64,000 nt of DNA. Source: an uncultured Candidatus Saccharibacteria bacterium. Lineage in GTDB: Bacteria > Patescibacteriota > Minisyncoccia > Phycocordibacterales > UBA9973. The notes below the pieces were generated by a model, which was not told the origin of the DNA, searched no databases, and worked only from the letters and a program-made list of their open reading frames with translations. The DNA lies in the NCBI GenBank assembly GCA_964474435.1, contig CAYYSI010000002.1, forward strand, positions 92,260-156,259, read 5' to 3'. The position numbers and the translations under genes were made by a program. Within the stretch, counting starts at the first letter, position 1, and each line of letters starts with the position of its first letter. This document shows positions 47,841 through 57,243 of the stretch, in pieces.

Positions 47841-48203
47841 ATGATTCGTGTCTTTACGTCCAAAACCCAGGAATTGGGAGAAAAAGGGGAGCATGAGGCG
47901 GTCGTATACCTAGAAAATGACGGATTTACAGTTATTGAGCGAAATGCGAACGGCAAATACGGCGAAATCGATATTGTGGCCAAAAAGCAGGGGATTGTGC
48001 ACTTCTTTGAGGTAAAGGCAGGGTATGCAGGAGGGTGGATCAATCCGGCAGAAAACCTCACTCAGGCAAAACTTCGGAAATTCCTCATTTCTGCAGAACA
48101 CTATGCGCTGACCCATGGGATCAAAGACTATCGAGTCGAGGGGATCGTCGTGCTCTTTGACCGAAATGGGGGAGTAGGGGTCGAAAGGATAGGACTTTTT
48201 TAA
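47841..48203 (+). CDS. yraN: YraN-family (UPF0102) endonuclease
   Basis: LGEKGE..A..YL, GEIDIVA, FFEVK. Confidence 0.9.
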   Translation: MIRVFTSKTQELGEKGEHEAVVYLENDGFTVIERNANGKYGEIDIVAKKQGIVHFFEVKAGYAGGWINPAENLTQAKLRKFLISAEHYALTHGIKDYRVEGIVVLFDRNGGVGVERIGLF

Positions 48204-48214
48204 GGTCTTTTTTG

Positions 48215-48285
48215 TGCGGGATAGGGGAATCGGACTCCTGCTCTCAGTTTGGAAAACTGATGTTCTACCATTAAACTAATCCCGC
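48215..48285 (-). tRNA. tRNA-Gly(TCC) with an atypical T arm
   Basis: GCGGGAT/ATCCCGC acceptor stem, loop TTTCCAA; T loop TCCGATT. Confidence 0.85.
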
Positions 48286-48308
48286 AATATTTCTATTTTA
48301 TATTCTTT

Positions 48309-48336
48309 GGTCTCCTTCGCCAAGGCTTCGGCGACC
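48309..48336. repeat. REP-like palindrome between tRNA genes
   Basis: GGTCTCCTTCGCCAAGGCTTCGGCGACC. Confidence 0.6.
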
Positions 48337-48340
48337 GTTG

Positions 48341-48411
48341 TCGGGGTGCAGGGAATCGAACCCTGCCCTCTTGTTCCCAAAACAAGTATACTACCGATAT
48401 ACTACACCCCG
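48341..48411 (-). tRNA. tRNA-Pro(TGG)
   Basis: CGGGGTG/CACCCCG acceptor stem, loop TTTGGGA, GTTCGATT. Confidence 0.93.
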
Positions 48412-48535
48412 TAGCACAAGCCATGGTAGCAGAAAACTACTAAAGATGCTATCCCTTACACTTCATTTTTTCTACAAGGAAATTTCTAAAATTTCGTAGG
48501 AGTAAAGCACTTTTTATTGCTATACTTGTATTGTA

Positions 48536-50809
48536 ATGACGCACTCACGCGGTCACCTTTTTAGTACTCATAGACGCACACTCGCTGCGCTCTTGTTCGG
48601 CCTCTCGTTTTCGATCATTGTTGCGTACGCAACACCGCCGGGTAGTGCATATACGCCAGGTGAGACGCTTGACCCAACATGTGCACCAGGAGATACATTT
48701 TGTACCGTTGCGATTGCGGGAGGGTTAACATTTTCTACTGGACTTACCAATACGGCAAATACGATTACGAACAATCTCTCGACTGGTGTATCTGGGGGGC
48801 AGAGTGTCGTGGGCGGTACGGCCGCATCAAACAACCTCACGCTTTCATCAACGACTAATGCAACCAAAGGGAAAATTATTTTTGGGACAAGTGTGTATGA
48901 TGAGGCAAACAATAGGCTTGGTATAGGGACAACATCACCCGATCAGCGATTTGTTGTGCAAGGACAGACAGTGGGAGGAACACCAACATATCTCAGATTT
49001 GATTCAGGTATTCTTTCATTGGAAGGAGATTTGTCGGCACAAAATGGGGTACCACTGATCGATTTCAAAGATACTGCAACCAATCAAGTCTTTTCACGTG
49101 TGGGATATATTCTCAATACTGGTATTTCGATTAGTAACTCATGGATTGGTTTAAATAAATCAGCGGTCTTTATTGAACATACCGCTGATGAAAATTCATT
49201 TGTGATTTCCAGAGGGACGGCGGCATATGGAGTACCAACCCGTATTGGTATCGGTACGGCCACACCCTCAAGTAGGTTTGATGTGACAACGGATGCTTTG
49301 AGTGAAACACAAACTGCAGTCTCCGGTATTGCACTCGTAAACCACTCTCCGGCAGTAAATGGAGTACAACAGATTTCGCCCGCAATCCGATGGTCAGGTC
49401 ATGGATGGAAAACAGCTAGTACTGCGGCAAGTCAGGCCGTTGATTTCAGAGCGTATGTTACTCCTGTGCAAGGAACGACAAATCCTACGGGGTATCTCGG
49501 GTTTGGATCATCGATCAACGGGGGAGCGTACACCGATAATCAGCTTGTATTAACGAGTCAGGGATACGTAGGAATTGGGACGACGACACCGTCTAATGTG
49601 CTCGAAGTAACCGGAGGAGCGAGTATATTTAATGGAGACATCCGTATACGATCAGGTAATACCTTTGTTGTATTAAATGCAGATAATTCTCTCAATGGTT
49701 CGATGTCGCTCATACATGAACCAAATAATCCTGCTATATCTATAGTCGCATCGCAGTATAATGGCAGTACTATACAGGGATATAACGGAGAAGGTTCATA
49801 CTATTATGCGACTGTTTCGGGCAATCGTATTGTTTCCATAGATAGGAATGTACTGTCGGGCGGAACGACGGGTGGAAACGGATTTACTATCGGGGACTAT
49901 GCTGAGTATGCACCAACGACAGGGACCAATACGTACAACACAATAAACCTCAATCCTATTATTAACGCTACAGGTGGCACGAACACTGTTCGGGGGATCT
50001 ACTATAATCCAAATCTTACAGCAGTGGTCGGCACAACCAATATTGCCTTTGAAAATACAACAGGAAACGTGCTGTTGGGTACGACGAGTGGGCGAGTGGG
50101 TATCGCAAATACGAATCCGGGATATTTGCTCCATGTTGGTTCGTCCGCGGTCACGACCGGTACAACAGTTGCACGTTTTGAAAATCAGGGCGGTACGTGT
50201 GATGTTGTTCCGTCAACTATCGGAGGTATAACCTGTACATCCGATGAGCGGCTCAAGAAAAATATCACGACACTTGATGATTCTATATTGGACAAAATAC
50301 TTTCGCTTCGATTGGTAACATACAACCTGAGAGCCGAAGAAAATACTGATCCTTTGCATACAGGTGTCATTGCGCAAGAACTCGTGAACGTGTTTCCTGA
50401 GCTTGTTGCCACTGATAGCTCCGGCTGGGAGTCAGTCTCGTATACTGGACTGATCCCGTACACGATCAAGGCAATTCAAGAAATGAATCTGCGTGTTACC
50501 GAGCTCAATGACATGCAAAAAGCAAATCCACTCCGCGACAACCTCACTGCATGGTTTGCAAATGCTGCAAACCATATCACGCGCATCTTTACGGGTGAAA
50601 TCTGCCTTACGGATACTGACGGCACATCGGAATGTCTAAACAAAGCAGAGCTCGGACAATTGAAACAACTCCTCAATACACAGACACGCACACCTGATCC
50701 TGTTGTACCATCAACCCCTGATCCACTACCATCGCAAGATCCGAGTATTCCTGAATTAGTGCCAGAGAGTACACCCGCTGAGATTCCCACAGATACGTCA
50801 CAATCATAA
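48536..50809 (+). CDS. Secreted tail-fibre-like protein with Peptidase_S74 intramolecular chaperone (paralog 1)
   Basis: Signal peptide; repeated (L/V)GIGTTxP; TSDERLKKNI, GVIAQEL..VFPELV, IKAIQEMN; Pro-rich tail. Confidence 0.85.
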   Translation: MTHSRGHLFSTHRRTLAALLFGLSFSIIVAYATPPGSAYTPGETLDPTCAPGDTFCTVAIAGGLTFSTGLTNTANTITNNLSTGVSGGQSVVGGTAASNNLTLSSTTNATKGKIIFGTSVYDEANNRLGIGTTSPDQRFVVQGQTVGGTPTYLRFDSGILSLEGDLSAQNGVPLIDFKDTATNQVFSRVGYILNTGISISNSWIGLNKSAVFIEHTADENSFVISRGTAAYGVPTRIGIGTATPSSRFDVTTDALSETQTAVSGIALVNHSPAVNGVQQISPAIRWSGHGWKTASTAASQAVDFRAYVTPVQGTTNPTGYLGFGSSINGGAYTDNQLVLTSQGYVGIGTTTPSNVLEVTGGASIFNGDIRIRSGNTFVVLNADNSLNGSMSLIHEPNNPAISIVASQYNGSTIQGYNGEGSYYYATVSGNRIVSIDRNVLSGGTTGGNGFTIGDYAEYAPTTGTNTYNTINLNPIINATGGTNTVRGIYYNPNLTAVVGTTNIAFENTTGNVLLGTTSGRVGIANTNPGYLLHVGSSAVTTGTTVARFENQGGTCDVVPSTIGGITCTSDERLKKNITTLDDSILDKILSLRLVTYNLRAEENTDPLHTGVIAQELVNVFPELVATDSSGWESVSYTGLIPYTIKAIQEMNLRVTELNDMQKANPLRDNLTAWFANAANHITRIFTGEICLTDTDGTSECLNKAELGQLKQLLNTQTRTPDPVVPSTPDPLPSQDPSIPELVPESTPAEIPTDTSQS

Positions 50810-50833
50810 TTTCTTGCTATACTTACTACTGTA

Positions 50834-52474
50834 ATGACGCATTCACGCGCTCAACTTTTCAGTACTCATAGACGCACACTTGCTGCACTCATGTTTGGGC
50901 TCGCATTTTCTGCGGTTGTTGCGTACGCGACACCACCAGGGAGTGCATATACGCCCGCCGAAACACTCGATCCCATCTGTGTCCCAGGAAGTGCATTTTG
51001 TACAGTAGATATTAGTGCGGGGTCTCTCATTGGTTCAACATCTACTAATGGTACAGAGACGTGGCTTGGGACGAGTGTGGCTGGGCTTGGGGCGGCATCA
51101 ACTGATCACACTGTTTTTATTGGGATTGATGCAGGGATAAGTGCAAATGATAGTGAGTATTCTAATTTCATGGGATATCAGGCAGGCGCAGGGTCGACAA
51201 CGACACACTCGTCCACATTTATTGGTACAAATGCTGGATACCAAGTGAGTAATGCTTCAAATGCGGTATTTATCGGTTCCGAAAGTGGATCAACGGTGAC
51301 AAATGCAGGGGGTTCAAACTTCATCGGCTATCAGGCGGGCCTCAATGCAATAAATGCTACCACATCCAACCTCATCGGCTATCAGGCAGGACTGAATAGT
51401 TTTTCAGTGGCTGTTGCCAACGTCATCGGTAATGGTGCGGGGTCTGGTGCTACTGCTGCACCCTTCGTTAATTTCATTGGAAACAATGCAGGGTTTAATT
51501 CGTCGGATACGAGTAGTTCAACCTTTATAGGGTATAACACAGGTGGAAACGCAACCCATGCACAGCACTCAGTCTTTATTGGAACACAGACAGGAGCTAA
51601 TTCTACAGGAGCAACGAATGGAATATTTCTAGGAAGAGAGGCTGGCCTAAATGATACCGTTGATAATACTACCGACCAAGATGACTACTCAATACTTATT
51701 GGTCTTCGTGCAGGAACAGGAGGATTTGAAAACAGTATTGCAATCGGCGCATACGCAACAAACACTGCGCTAAACCAATTTATGATTGGTTCTGCAACGC
51801 GTCCGATAAATGAAATGGTCATCACCGGAACTGGGGGGCAGTCATGTACGATTCGCCCGGATACTGCAGGTATCAACTGTTCATCTGATCAAACACTCAA
51901 AACAAATATTACTGATTTAGAAAATGTACTCGACACACTCAGTGATGTGCGCACGGTCATGTACAATTGGAAAAATACTCCAAACACCAATGCGCAAATC
52001 GGATTTCTTGCACAAGATCTCAAGGAGTATTTCCCAACACTTGTGTCTCGTGCATCAAATGGGTATCTCCAGGTCAACTATGCAGGCATGACACCGATCC
52101 TCACAAAGGCGATCCAAGAACTCAATCTAAAAGTAGAAGGTGCGTTTGATATTCAGAAAAACAATACCTTTGCCGGAAATATGCGTGCATGGTTTGCAAA
52201 CACTTCAAATGGCATCGCAAAGATGTTTGCGGGTGAAGTAGAGACAAAGAACTTGTGTGTCTCTGACGATACAGGCGAGCGAACATGTATTACGAAGTCA
52301 GACCTCGACGCACTTCTTGAAAATGCACACCTCACTCCATCGTCTCCAGAACCAGTACCGACACCTGAAATACCTGTAGTCCAAGATGAGCCGGTTGACC
52401 CAGTACCAACTGAGGATGCGACTGAACCTATGGTTGATAGTACAATTGATACACCACCAACACACAATGAATAA
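50834..52474 (+). CDS. Secreted tail-fibre-like protein with S74 chaperone (paralog 2)
   Basis: Same N-terminus as paralog 1; ~14-aa (S/N)xFIGxxAG repeats; SSDQTLKTNI, GFLAQDL..YFP.LV. Confidence 0.85.
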   Translation: MTHSRAQLFSTHRRTLAALMFGLAFSAVVAYATPPGSAYTPAETLDPICVPGSAFCTVDISAGSLIGSTSTNGTETWLGTSVAGLGAASTDHTVFIGIDAGISANDSEYSNFMGYQAGAGSTTTHSSTFIGTNAGYQVSNASNAVFIGSESGSTVTNAGGSNFIGYQAGLNAINATTSNLIGYQAGLNSFSVAVANVIGNGAGSGATAAPFVNFIGNNAGFNSSDTSSSTFIGYNTGGNATHAQHSVFIGTQTGANSTGATNGIFLGREAGLNDTVDNTTDQDDYSILIGLRAGTGGFENSIAIGAYATNTALNQFMIGSATRPINEMVITGTGGQSCTIRPDTAGINCSSDQTLKTNITDLENVLDTLSDVRTVMYNWKNTPNTNAQIGFLAQDLKEYFPTLVSRASNGYLQVNYAGMTPILTKAIQELNLKVEGAFDIQKNNTFAGNMRAWFANTSNGIAKMFAGEVETKNLCVSDDTGERTCITKSDLDALLENAHLTPSSPEPVPTPEIPVVQDEPVDPVPTEDATEPMVDSTIDTPPTHNE

Positions 52475-54608
52475 ACTATTTAGAAACATACTAGTACTCG
52501 CACTGTGCACGATAGGATTCGTGAGTGTTGCACACGCGGCAATGGGGACGATCGACCCAGGCAATGATGGCTCATACAAGGCGCTTATACAAAATACTGA
52601 CCTGGGGGCCGCAACCGCAATTAACTTTGGGAAGTTCACGACACAGTCTGCAAAAAATATCACCGTCTCTGACACAGAGCTGCGTGGGTTTGCTTGGGGC
52701 GAAGGGGTAGGGTGGATCGTCACCAACTGTGCTGATACGACGAGTGGCTGCAGTGTCACCAACAGCAATTTCAAAATCGCCAATGATGGCAGTGGCAACC
52801 TCTCGGGCTACGCCTGGGGTGAAAACACGGGCTGGATCAATTTTGGGCCATTTACCAACCCTCTGATTTCAACAGTCAAAATTTCTGGAGGACAATTTGG
52901 AGGTACTCTTGGAAGCGCGGGCTACGCATGGTCACAAAACTTTGGCTTCATCAAGTTTGATTGCAGTAGTCCTACAAGCTGTGTAAAAACTGACTGGGCA
53001 CCAGGTGGAGCATTTCAGTGTAACGATACAGTAGATAATGATGGAGATGGATTGATCGACTATCCTGCTGATCCTGGATGTAGTAATGCGACAGATAATG
53101 ATGAATCAAATGGTGGAACAACTGGGGGACCGGGAACTCCCGCATGTCGGGACGGGCGTGATAACGACGGCGACAACCTTGTCGACTATCCATCTGACCC
53201 AGGCTGCGATAACGCAGACGATACAAATGAATTTAATGCGCCGATAGATTTCTGTACCGCAAATCCATCTGATCCGTCGTGTTCATTTTGTGCATTGAAC
53301 CCAACCAACCCAGCTTGTCAGCAACCACCATTCTGTACGACGAACCCGGGTGATCCATCATGTTCATTCTGTAATCAAAATCCAGGAGATCCGTCATGTC
53401 AGATACCATTCTGTACAACCAATCCAACAGCGCCAATATGTCAGCAGCCATTCTGCACTCTGTATCCGAATGATCCATCATGCCAAGCACAACCATTTTG
53501 TACAACAAACCCAAATGATCCTTCGTGTGCATTTTGTGTTCTGAATCCTACTGATCCATCCTGCAAGACAACACCATCATATTGTCAGGTACACCCCGAA
53601 GAATGTTACCCTCCAAAAATACCAACAAAAATCGAAGGTGCAACCAAATCTTTTGTTACTGGCACAATCGGCAAAATACTCAAACTCACAGGGCTTGTTG
53701 CAGTCGGCGTTGGTGCACTCGCACTTTCATTCGTCGGAACACAGTTCTCACTCTACAGCCTTCTCCTTCTCTTGATGCGACTCTGGTCACTCTTGCTCAT
53801 CGCCCTCGGTATCAAGAAAAAGAGTAATCCATGGGGGACTGTGTATGACTCTGTCACCAAACAGCCAATCGATCCGGCGTACGTCGTGCTCATGGATATG
53901 CAGGGCAATGAAGTTGCAACCTCGATCACTGACATCGAAGGACGATACGGATTTGCAGTACCTCCTGGCACCTATACGATCATAGCGAACAAGACTAACT
54001 ACGAATTCCCATCCAAGAAACTTGCAGGCAAGACATCTGATGAACTCTACGATGACCTCTACTTTGGTGGACCAATCGTGATCACAGAACAAGATGGTCT
54101 GATCACAAAAAATATCCCACTCGATCAGCAGAACTTTGACTGGAACGAATATGCAAAAAATGAACAGCATCGACTCCGTCACTACAAGCGTCAAGATCTC
54201 TTTATTGCACGCCTTTCAAATATATTCTTCATTCTCGGCTTCATCGTCACCGCGATCTCGGTCCTCGTCGTTGCGTCCCTCTTTAATATCGTGCTCATGG
54301 GACTCTATATTGTCACTGCACTTGGGCGACTCTTTAAGGTTCGCATTCAACCAAAGGGAAGTGTCGCAGACACTGCAACTGATATGCCATTGCCGTTTAG
54401 TGTGGTGCGCGTGGTCTCGACTGCAACTAACAAAGAGATCATGCACAAGGTCGCAGGACCCACCGGCAAGTACTACGCGCTCGTAGCAAATGGTGACTAT
54501 CGCGTCGTCGTCGATCGCAAGAACGCCGATCAAAGCTATACGCCGGTCTCTATCCCAGATCCTGTCGCAGTGAAAAAAGGTTATATGAAAAAAGACTTCA
54601 AAGTATAA
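52467..54608 (+). CDS. Surface protein with GxAWxE repeats, DxDxDG Ca-binding repeats, Cys-Pro repeats, TM helices and carboxypeptidase-regulatory-like domains
   Basis: Signal peptide; G(F/Y)AW x3; CxDxxDNDGDxLxDYPxDPGC x2; FCxxNPxDPxC x8; PWGTVYDSVTKQPIDPAYV. Confidence 0.82.
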   Translation: MNKLFRNILVLALCTIGFVSVAHAAMGTIDPGNDGSYKALIQNTDLGAATAINFGKFTTQSAKNITVSDTELRGFAWGEGVGWIVTNCADTTSGCSVTNSNFKIANDGSGNLSGYAWGENTGWINFGPFTNPLISTVKISGGQFGGTLGSAGYAWSQNFGFIKFDCSSPTSCVKTDWAPGGAFQCNDTVDNDGDGLIDYPADPGCSNATDNDESNGGTTGGPGTPACRDGRDNDGDNLVDYPSDPGCDNADDTNEFNAPIDFCTANPSDPSCSFCALNPTNPACQQPPFCTTNPGDPSCSFCNQNPGDPSCQIPFCTTNPTAPICQQPFCTLYPNDPSCQAQPFCTTNPNDPSCAFCVLNPTDPSCKTTPSYCQVHPEECYPPKIPTKIEGATKSFVTGTIGKILKLTGLVAVGVGALALSFVGTQFSLYSLLLLLMRLWSLLLIALGIKKKSNPWGTVYDSVTKQPIDPAYVVLMDMQGNEVATSITDIEGRYGFAVPPGTYTIIANKTNYEFPSKKLAGKTSDELYDDLYFGGPIVITEQDGLITKNIPLDQQNFDWNEYAKNEQHRLRHYKRQDLFIARLSNIFFILGFIVTAISVLVVASLFNIVLMGLYIVTALGRLFKVRIQPKGSVADTATDMPLPFSVVRVVSTATNKEIMHKVAGPTGKYYALVANGDYRVVVDRKNADQSYTPVSIPDPVAVKKGYMKKDFKV

Positions 54609-54647
54609 AAGAAAAAATCTCCATCAATTGATGGAGATTTTTTCTTT
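54608..54647. terminator. Bidirectional terminator
   Basis: Palindrome AAAGAAAAAATCTCCATCAATTGATGGAGATTTTTTCTTT. Confidence 0.85.
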
Positions 54648-54653
54648 AAGTAC

Positions 54654-55019
54654 TTATTTGGTGATAGTTTGGATCTTTTCGATGACGTCGCTGAGTGTGA
54701 AGTTTGATTTCACCATGTATTCTGCGGCACCTGCATCGAGGACGCGCTTCATTTCGAGATCGTCAGAAAGGTTTGAAAAGACAATAACAGGGACTGCTTT
54801 TATTTTCTCATCAGCCTTGAATTTCTGAAGGAGTTCGTAGCCGTTGATGTCTGGGAGCATGAGGTCAAGGAGTATGACGTCAGGAGTGCCGAGCGCGAGT
54901 GCGTTGTCGACTTCGGCTTGTGTGGTTGCAGCAATCACCGCAAAGCCTTCGTGGGTGAACTTTGAACTCTCGAGGTTCTTTAAAAATGAGTCGTCTTCGA
55001 TAATCAGGATTTTTTTCAT
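54654..55019 (-). CDS. Single-domain response regulator (receiver only)
   Basis: KKILIIEDD, LLDLMLPDING, FSN, YMVK. Confidence 0.92.
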   Translation of the reverse strand: MKKILIIEDDSFLKNLESSKFTHEGFAVIAATTQAEVDNALALGTPDVILLDLMLPDINGYELLQKFKADEKIKAVPVIVFSNLSDDLEMKRVLDAGAAEYMVKSNFTLSDVIEKIQTITK

Positions 55020-55065
55020 ATACAGAGAGTATACCCCAGATTGGAAAATCCGCTATTCTGCTCAA

Positions 55066-55764
55066 TTATCCCAAAGGCAGCGCGAGAGTGAATATGGTGC
55101 CTTCGAGTGGGGTACTGGTAAACGTGAGCGTGCCACCCTGGCGCTCGACGATATGTTTGGTTGCATAGAGGCCGAGTCCGACGCCGACGTATTTTTCTCG
55201 GGTATTGGATGCCCGGAAAAACTTCTCAAAGATCCGTGCATGTTCCTCGTGCGGGATAACGACACCTTTGTCTCCCACAGTGAGCACGGCCTTGCCGCCC
55301 ATGCCAGCGAGTGTCAGCGTGATGTCTGTATTTGCAGCGCCATATTTGATCGCATTTTCCAGCAGGTTGTGGATCGCAATACGCAGCTTTTCTTTGTCAC
55401 CAATGACGACGATGGGGCTTGGGGGTGCGGTATAGCGTATGTGCATGCCTTTTGCAGCAGCTTCACTCGTGAAATCTTTGATAGAGACATCGATGAGTGT
55501 ATTGAGCGGGATCGGATCTGTCGCATAAGGGACACTGCCGCCTTGGGTACGGATGATCGTCATCGTGTCATTGATGAGTGTGATCATGCGCTCGTTGGAG
55601 TCGGTGGCCTGAGCGAGCATTGCCACTTGGGTTTTGTTCAGTGAGCCAAAGTCGCCATCAATGAGCATCTTGAACAGCCACTTCATCGCAGTGAGAGATG
55701 TGCGCAGCTCGTGTGCAGATACGAGGAAGAAATCAATCTTTTCTTGAGAGTCATTTTTTTCCAT
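55066..55764 (-). CDS. Histidine kinase core without a sensor domain
   Basis: SAHELRTSL, NLLENAIKY, DKG, FEKFFR, GLGL; H-box within the first 20 aa. Confidence 0.9.
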   Translation of the reverse strand: MEKNDSQEKIDFFLVSAHELRTSLTAMKWLFKMLIDGDFGSLNKTQVAMLAQATDSNERMITLINDTMTIIRTQGGSVPYATDPIPLNTLIDVSIKDFTSEAAAKGMHIRYTAPPSPIVVIGDKEKLRIAIHNLLENAIKYGAANTDITLTLAGMGGKAVLTVGDKGVVIPHEEHARIFEKFFRASNTREKYVGVGLGLYATKHIVERQGGTLTFTSTPLEGTIFTLALPLG

Positions 55765-55851
55765 TACAACGATTGTACCATTTATGGAGTATGAAAATAA
55801 AAAACCCTTCCGGAATGGAAGGGTTATGTTTAGGTGTTTTTTGTAAGAATG

Positions 55852-56151
55852 TTAGGCAGCTAATGTTGCTAACACTTTGTCGTGTCCCGGTATTGCTTCT
55901 ACACCCACCAATATTTCTTTGGTATGGATGTGAATGAATTTCGGGGAGTTGCCGTTCATTTTTCTTTTAACCGCAGTTATGATAGCGATAATGTCAGATG
56001 CTGCCACGTTTTCTTCAAAAATGATTGCAGCATGTTTTTTCTTTTTAGCGGCTTCAGCAATCTCAAAAGGTTTGGCTCCTTTGTGAGAAAAAGAAAGTGC
56101 CGGCTTCGGATCATTTTTAAGATAAATTTCCTTTAAAGAATTTTCAGTCAT
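55852..56151 (-). CDS. AT-rich orphan hypothetical protein
   Basis: ATG 56151; TTGACT-N16-TATTAT upstream; AACCCTTCC/GGAAGGGTT hairpin downstream. Confidence 0.6.
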   Translation of the reverse strand: MTENSLKEIYLKNDPKPALSFSHKGAKPFEIAEAAKKKKHAAIIFEENVAASDIIAIITAVKRKMNGNSPKFIHIHTKEILVGVEAIPGHDKVLATLAA

Positions 56152-56300
56152 GGTAGTTCTTTCGCGGTCACAGTTGGTGACAAAGAGCAGTTTTTTACAT
56201 ATAGTAAATTGTTGTTTTGTTTCCAAACATAATACTCTATTTCCAAAATAAGTCAACAAAAACGACAAAATCCCCGCGAGGGGATTTTGGGAGGGGAGAT

Positions 56301-57224
56301 TTATTTAGCTTTTACAAAATCAGTATAGTTTGCAGTGGTACTTTCCGCTTTCTTCTTTTTTACCAAGAATCCATATTCAGAATATTTTATACCTGTTTTA
56401 AGGATCGCATCTTTTTCATAGCGGTTTATTTGTCCTGATGGATTTACTGTCGCAAAGTTTTCGAGGCCACCCGCACTAACCTTGTCGTTAACGTTGTTAT
56501 CCATTGTGTCATCAGATTCAGAATGAGTTGTATCAATAACCATACCGTATCCAATTTTATTAATAAGCTCCTGACCATTTTTAGCAACCGCTGTACGCAA
56601 ATCTTGAGTATTCGCAAGTTCAAACCCGAGTTCTTTTGCTGCCTTCTTTACATGTTCAATTTTTTCAGCATCGTTGTGACTATCATCTCCATCAAATCCA
56701 ACAAAAGCATATTCATAATTTGCGTCATTCATGGGAACATTCAACGACCCTTTGAATGTGATACCTGCTACTTCTTGGTTCGCTTCAGTGAAAACAATTT
56801 TTTCTTGGCCAATAGATTGAGTTTTTTCTTGAGTAGTATCACTCGGAAGTTTTTTAAGGTCCTCTGCGTTTGCGGCTGTAACGGCCGTAACCCCAAAACC
56901 AAGCAGTGTAAGGAATTTTCTAAAACCACCAACTTTTGATGTTTGTGGTATGTAATTTTTTGATGATGTCCAAGGCTCTGCTGGCGCATTTCCGCGCTGG
57001 TATGCAATAGAGCCCACCTTGTCTTTCATAGGGGTTTCCTTCGGTGTTTTGTAGGCATTATCAAGATCTCCCATGGTCTCTGCAACTTGTGCTTCGCGAT
57101 CTTCAGAGCTTTCCATTTCAACAATGACTCGCTCGCCAGGTCGTGCATGGATTACCACATCTTCTTTATTGATATTTTCTGCAACGTTTTCGTTTACTTC
57201 AAGATTTTCTTTTGATGATTCCAT
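56301..57224 (-). CDS. Orphan with acidic leader and internal signal-peptide-like segment
   Basis: Start after TGGTATAGT-N6; FRKFLTLLGFGVTAVTAANA-E near residues 100-120. Confidence 0.75.
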   Translation of the reverse strand: MESSKENLEVNENVAENINKEDVVIHARPGERVIVEMESSEDREAQVAETMGDLDNAYKTPKETPMKDKVGSIAYQRGNAPAEPWTSSKNYIPQTSKVGGFRKFLTLLGFGVTAVTAANAEDLKKLPSDTTQEKTQSIGQEKIVFTEANQEVAGITFKGSLNVPMNDANYEYAFVGFDGDDSHNDAEKIEHVKKAAKELGFELANTQDLRTAVAKNGQELINKIGYGMVIDTTHSESDDTMDNNVNDKVSAGGLENFATVNPSGQINRYEKDAILKTGIKYSEYGFLVKKKKAESTTANYTDFVKAK

Positions 57225-57243
57225 GCCATCACTATACCACACG

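Noticed and set aside
48536-52474. Prophage tail module
   Set aside because: The proteins have Sec signal peptides, and no capsid, terminase, portal or integrase genes are adjacent.
53250-53610. CRISPR-like periodic repeats
   Set aside because: The periodicity comes from degenerate coding repeats (FCxxNPxDPxC); there are no identical DNA repeats with spacers and no cas genes.
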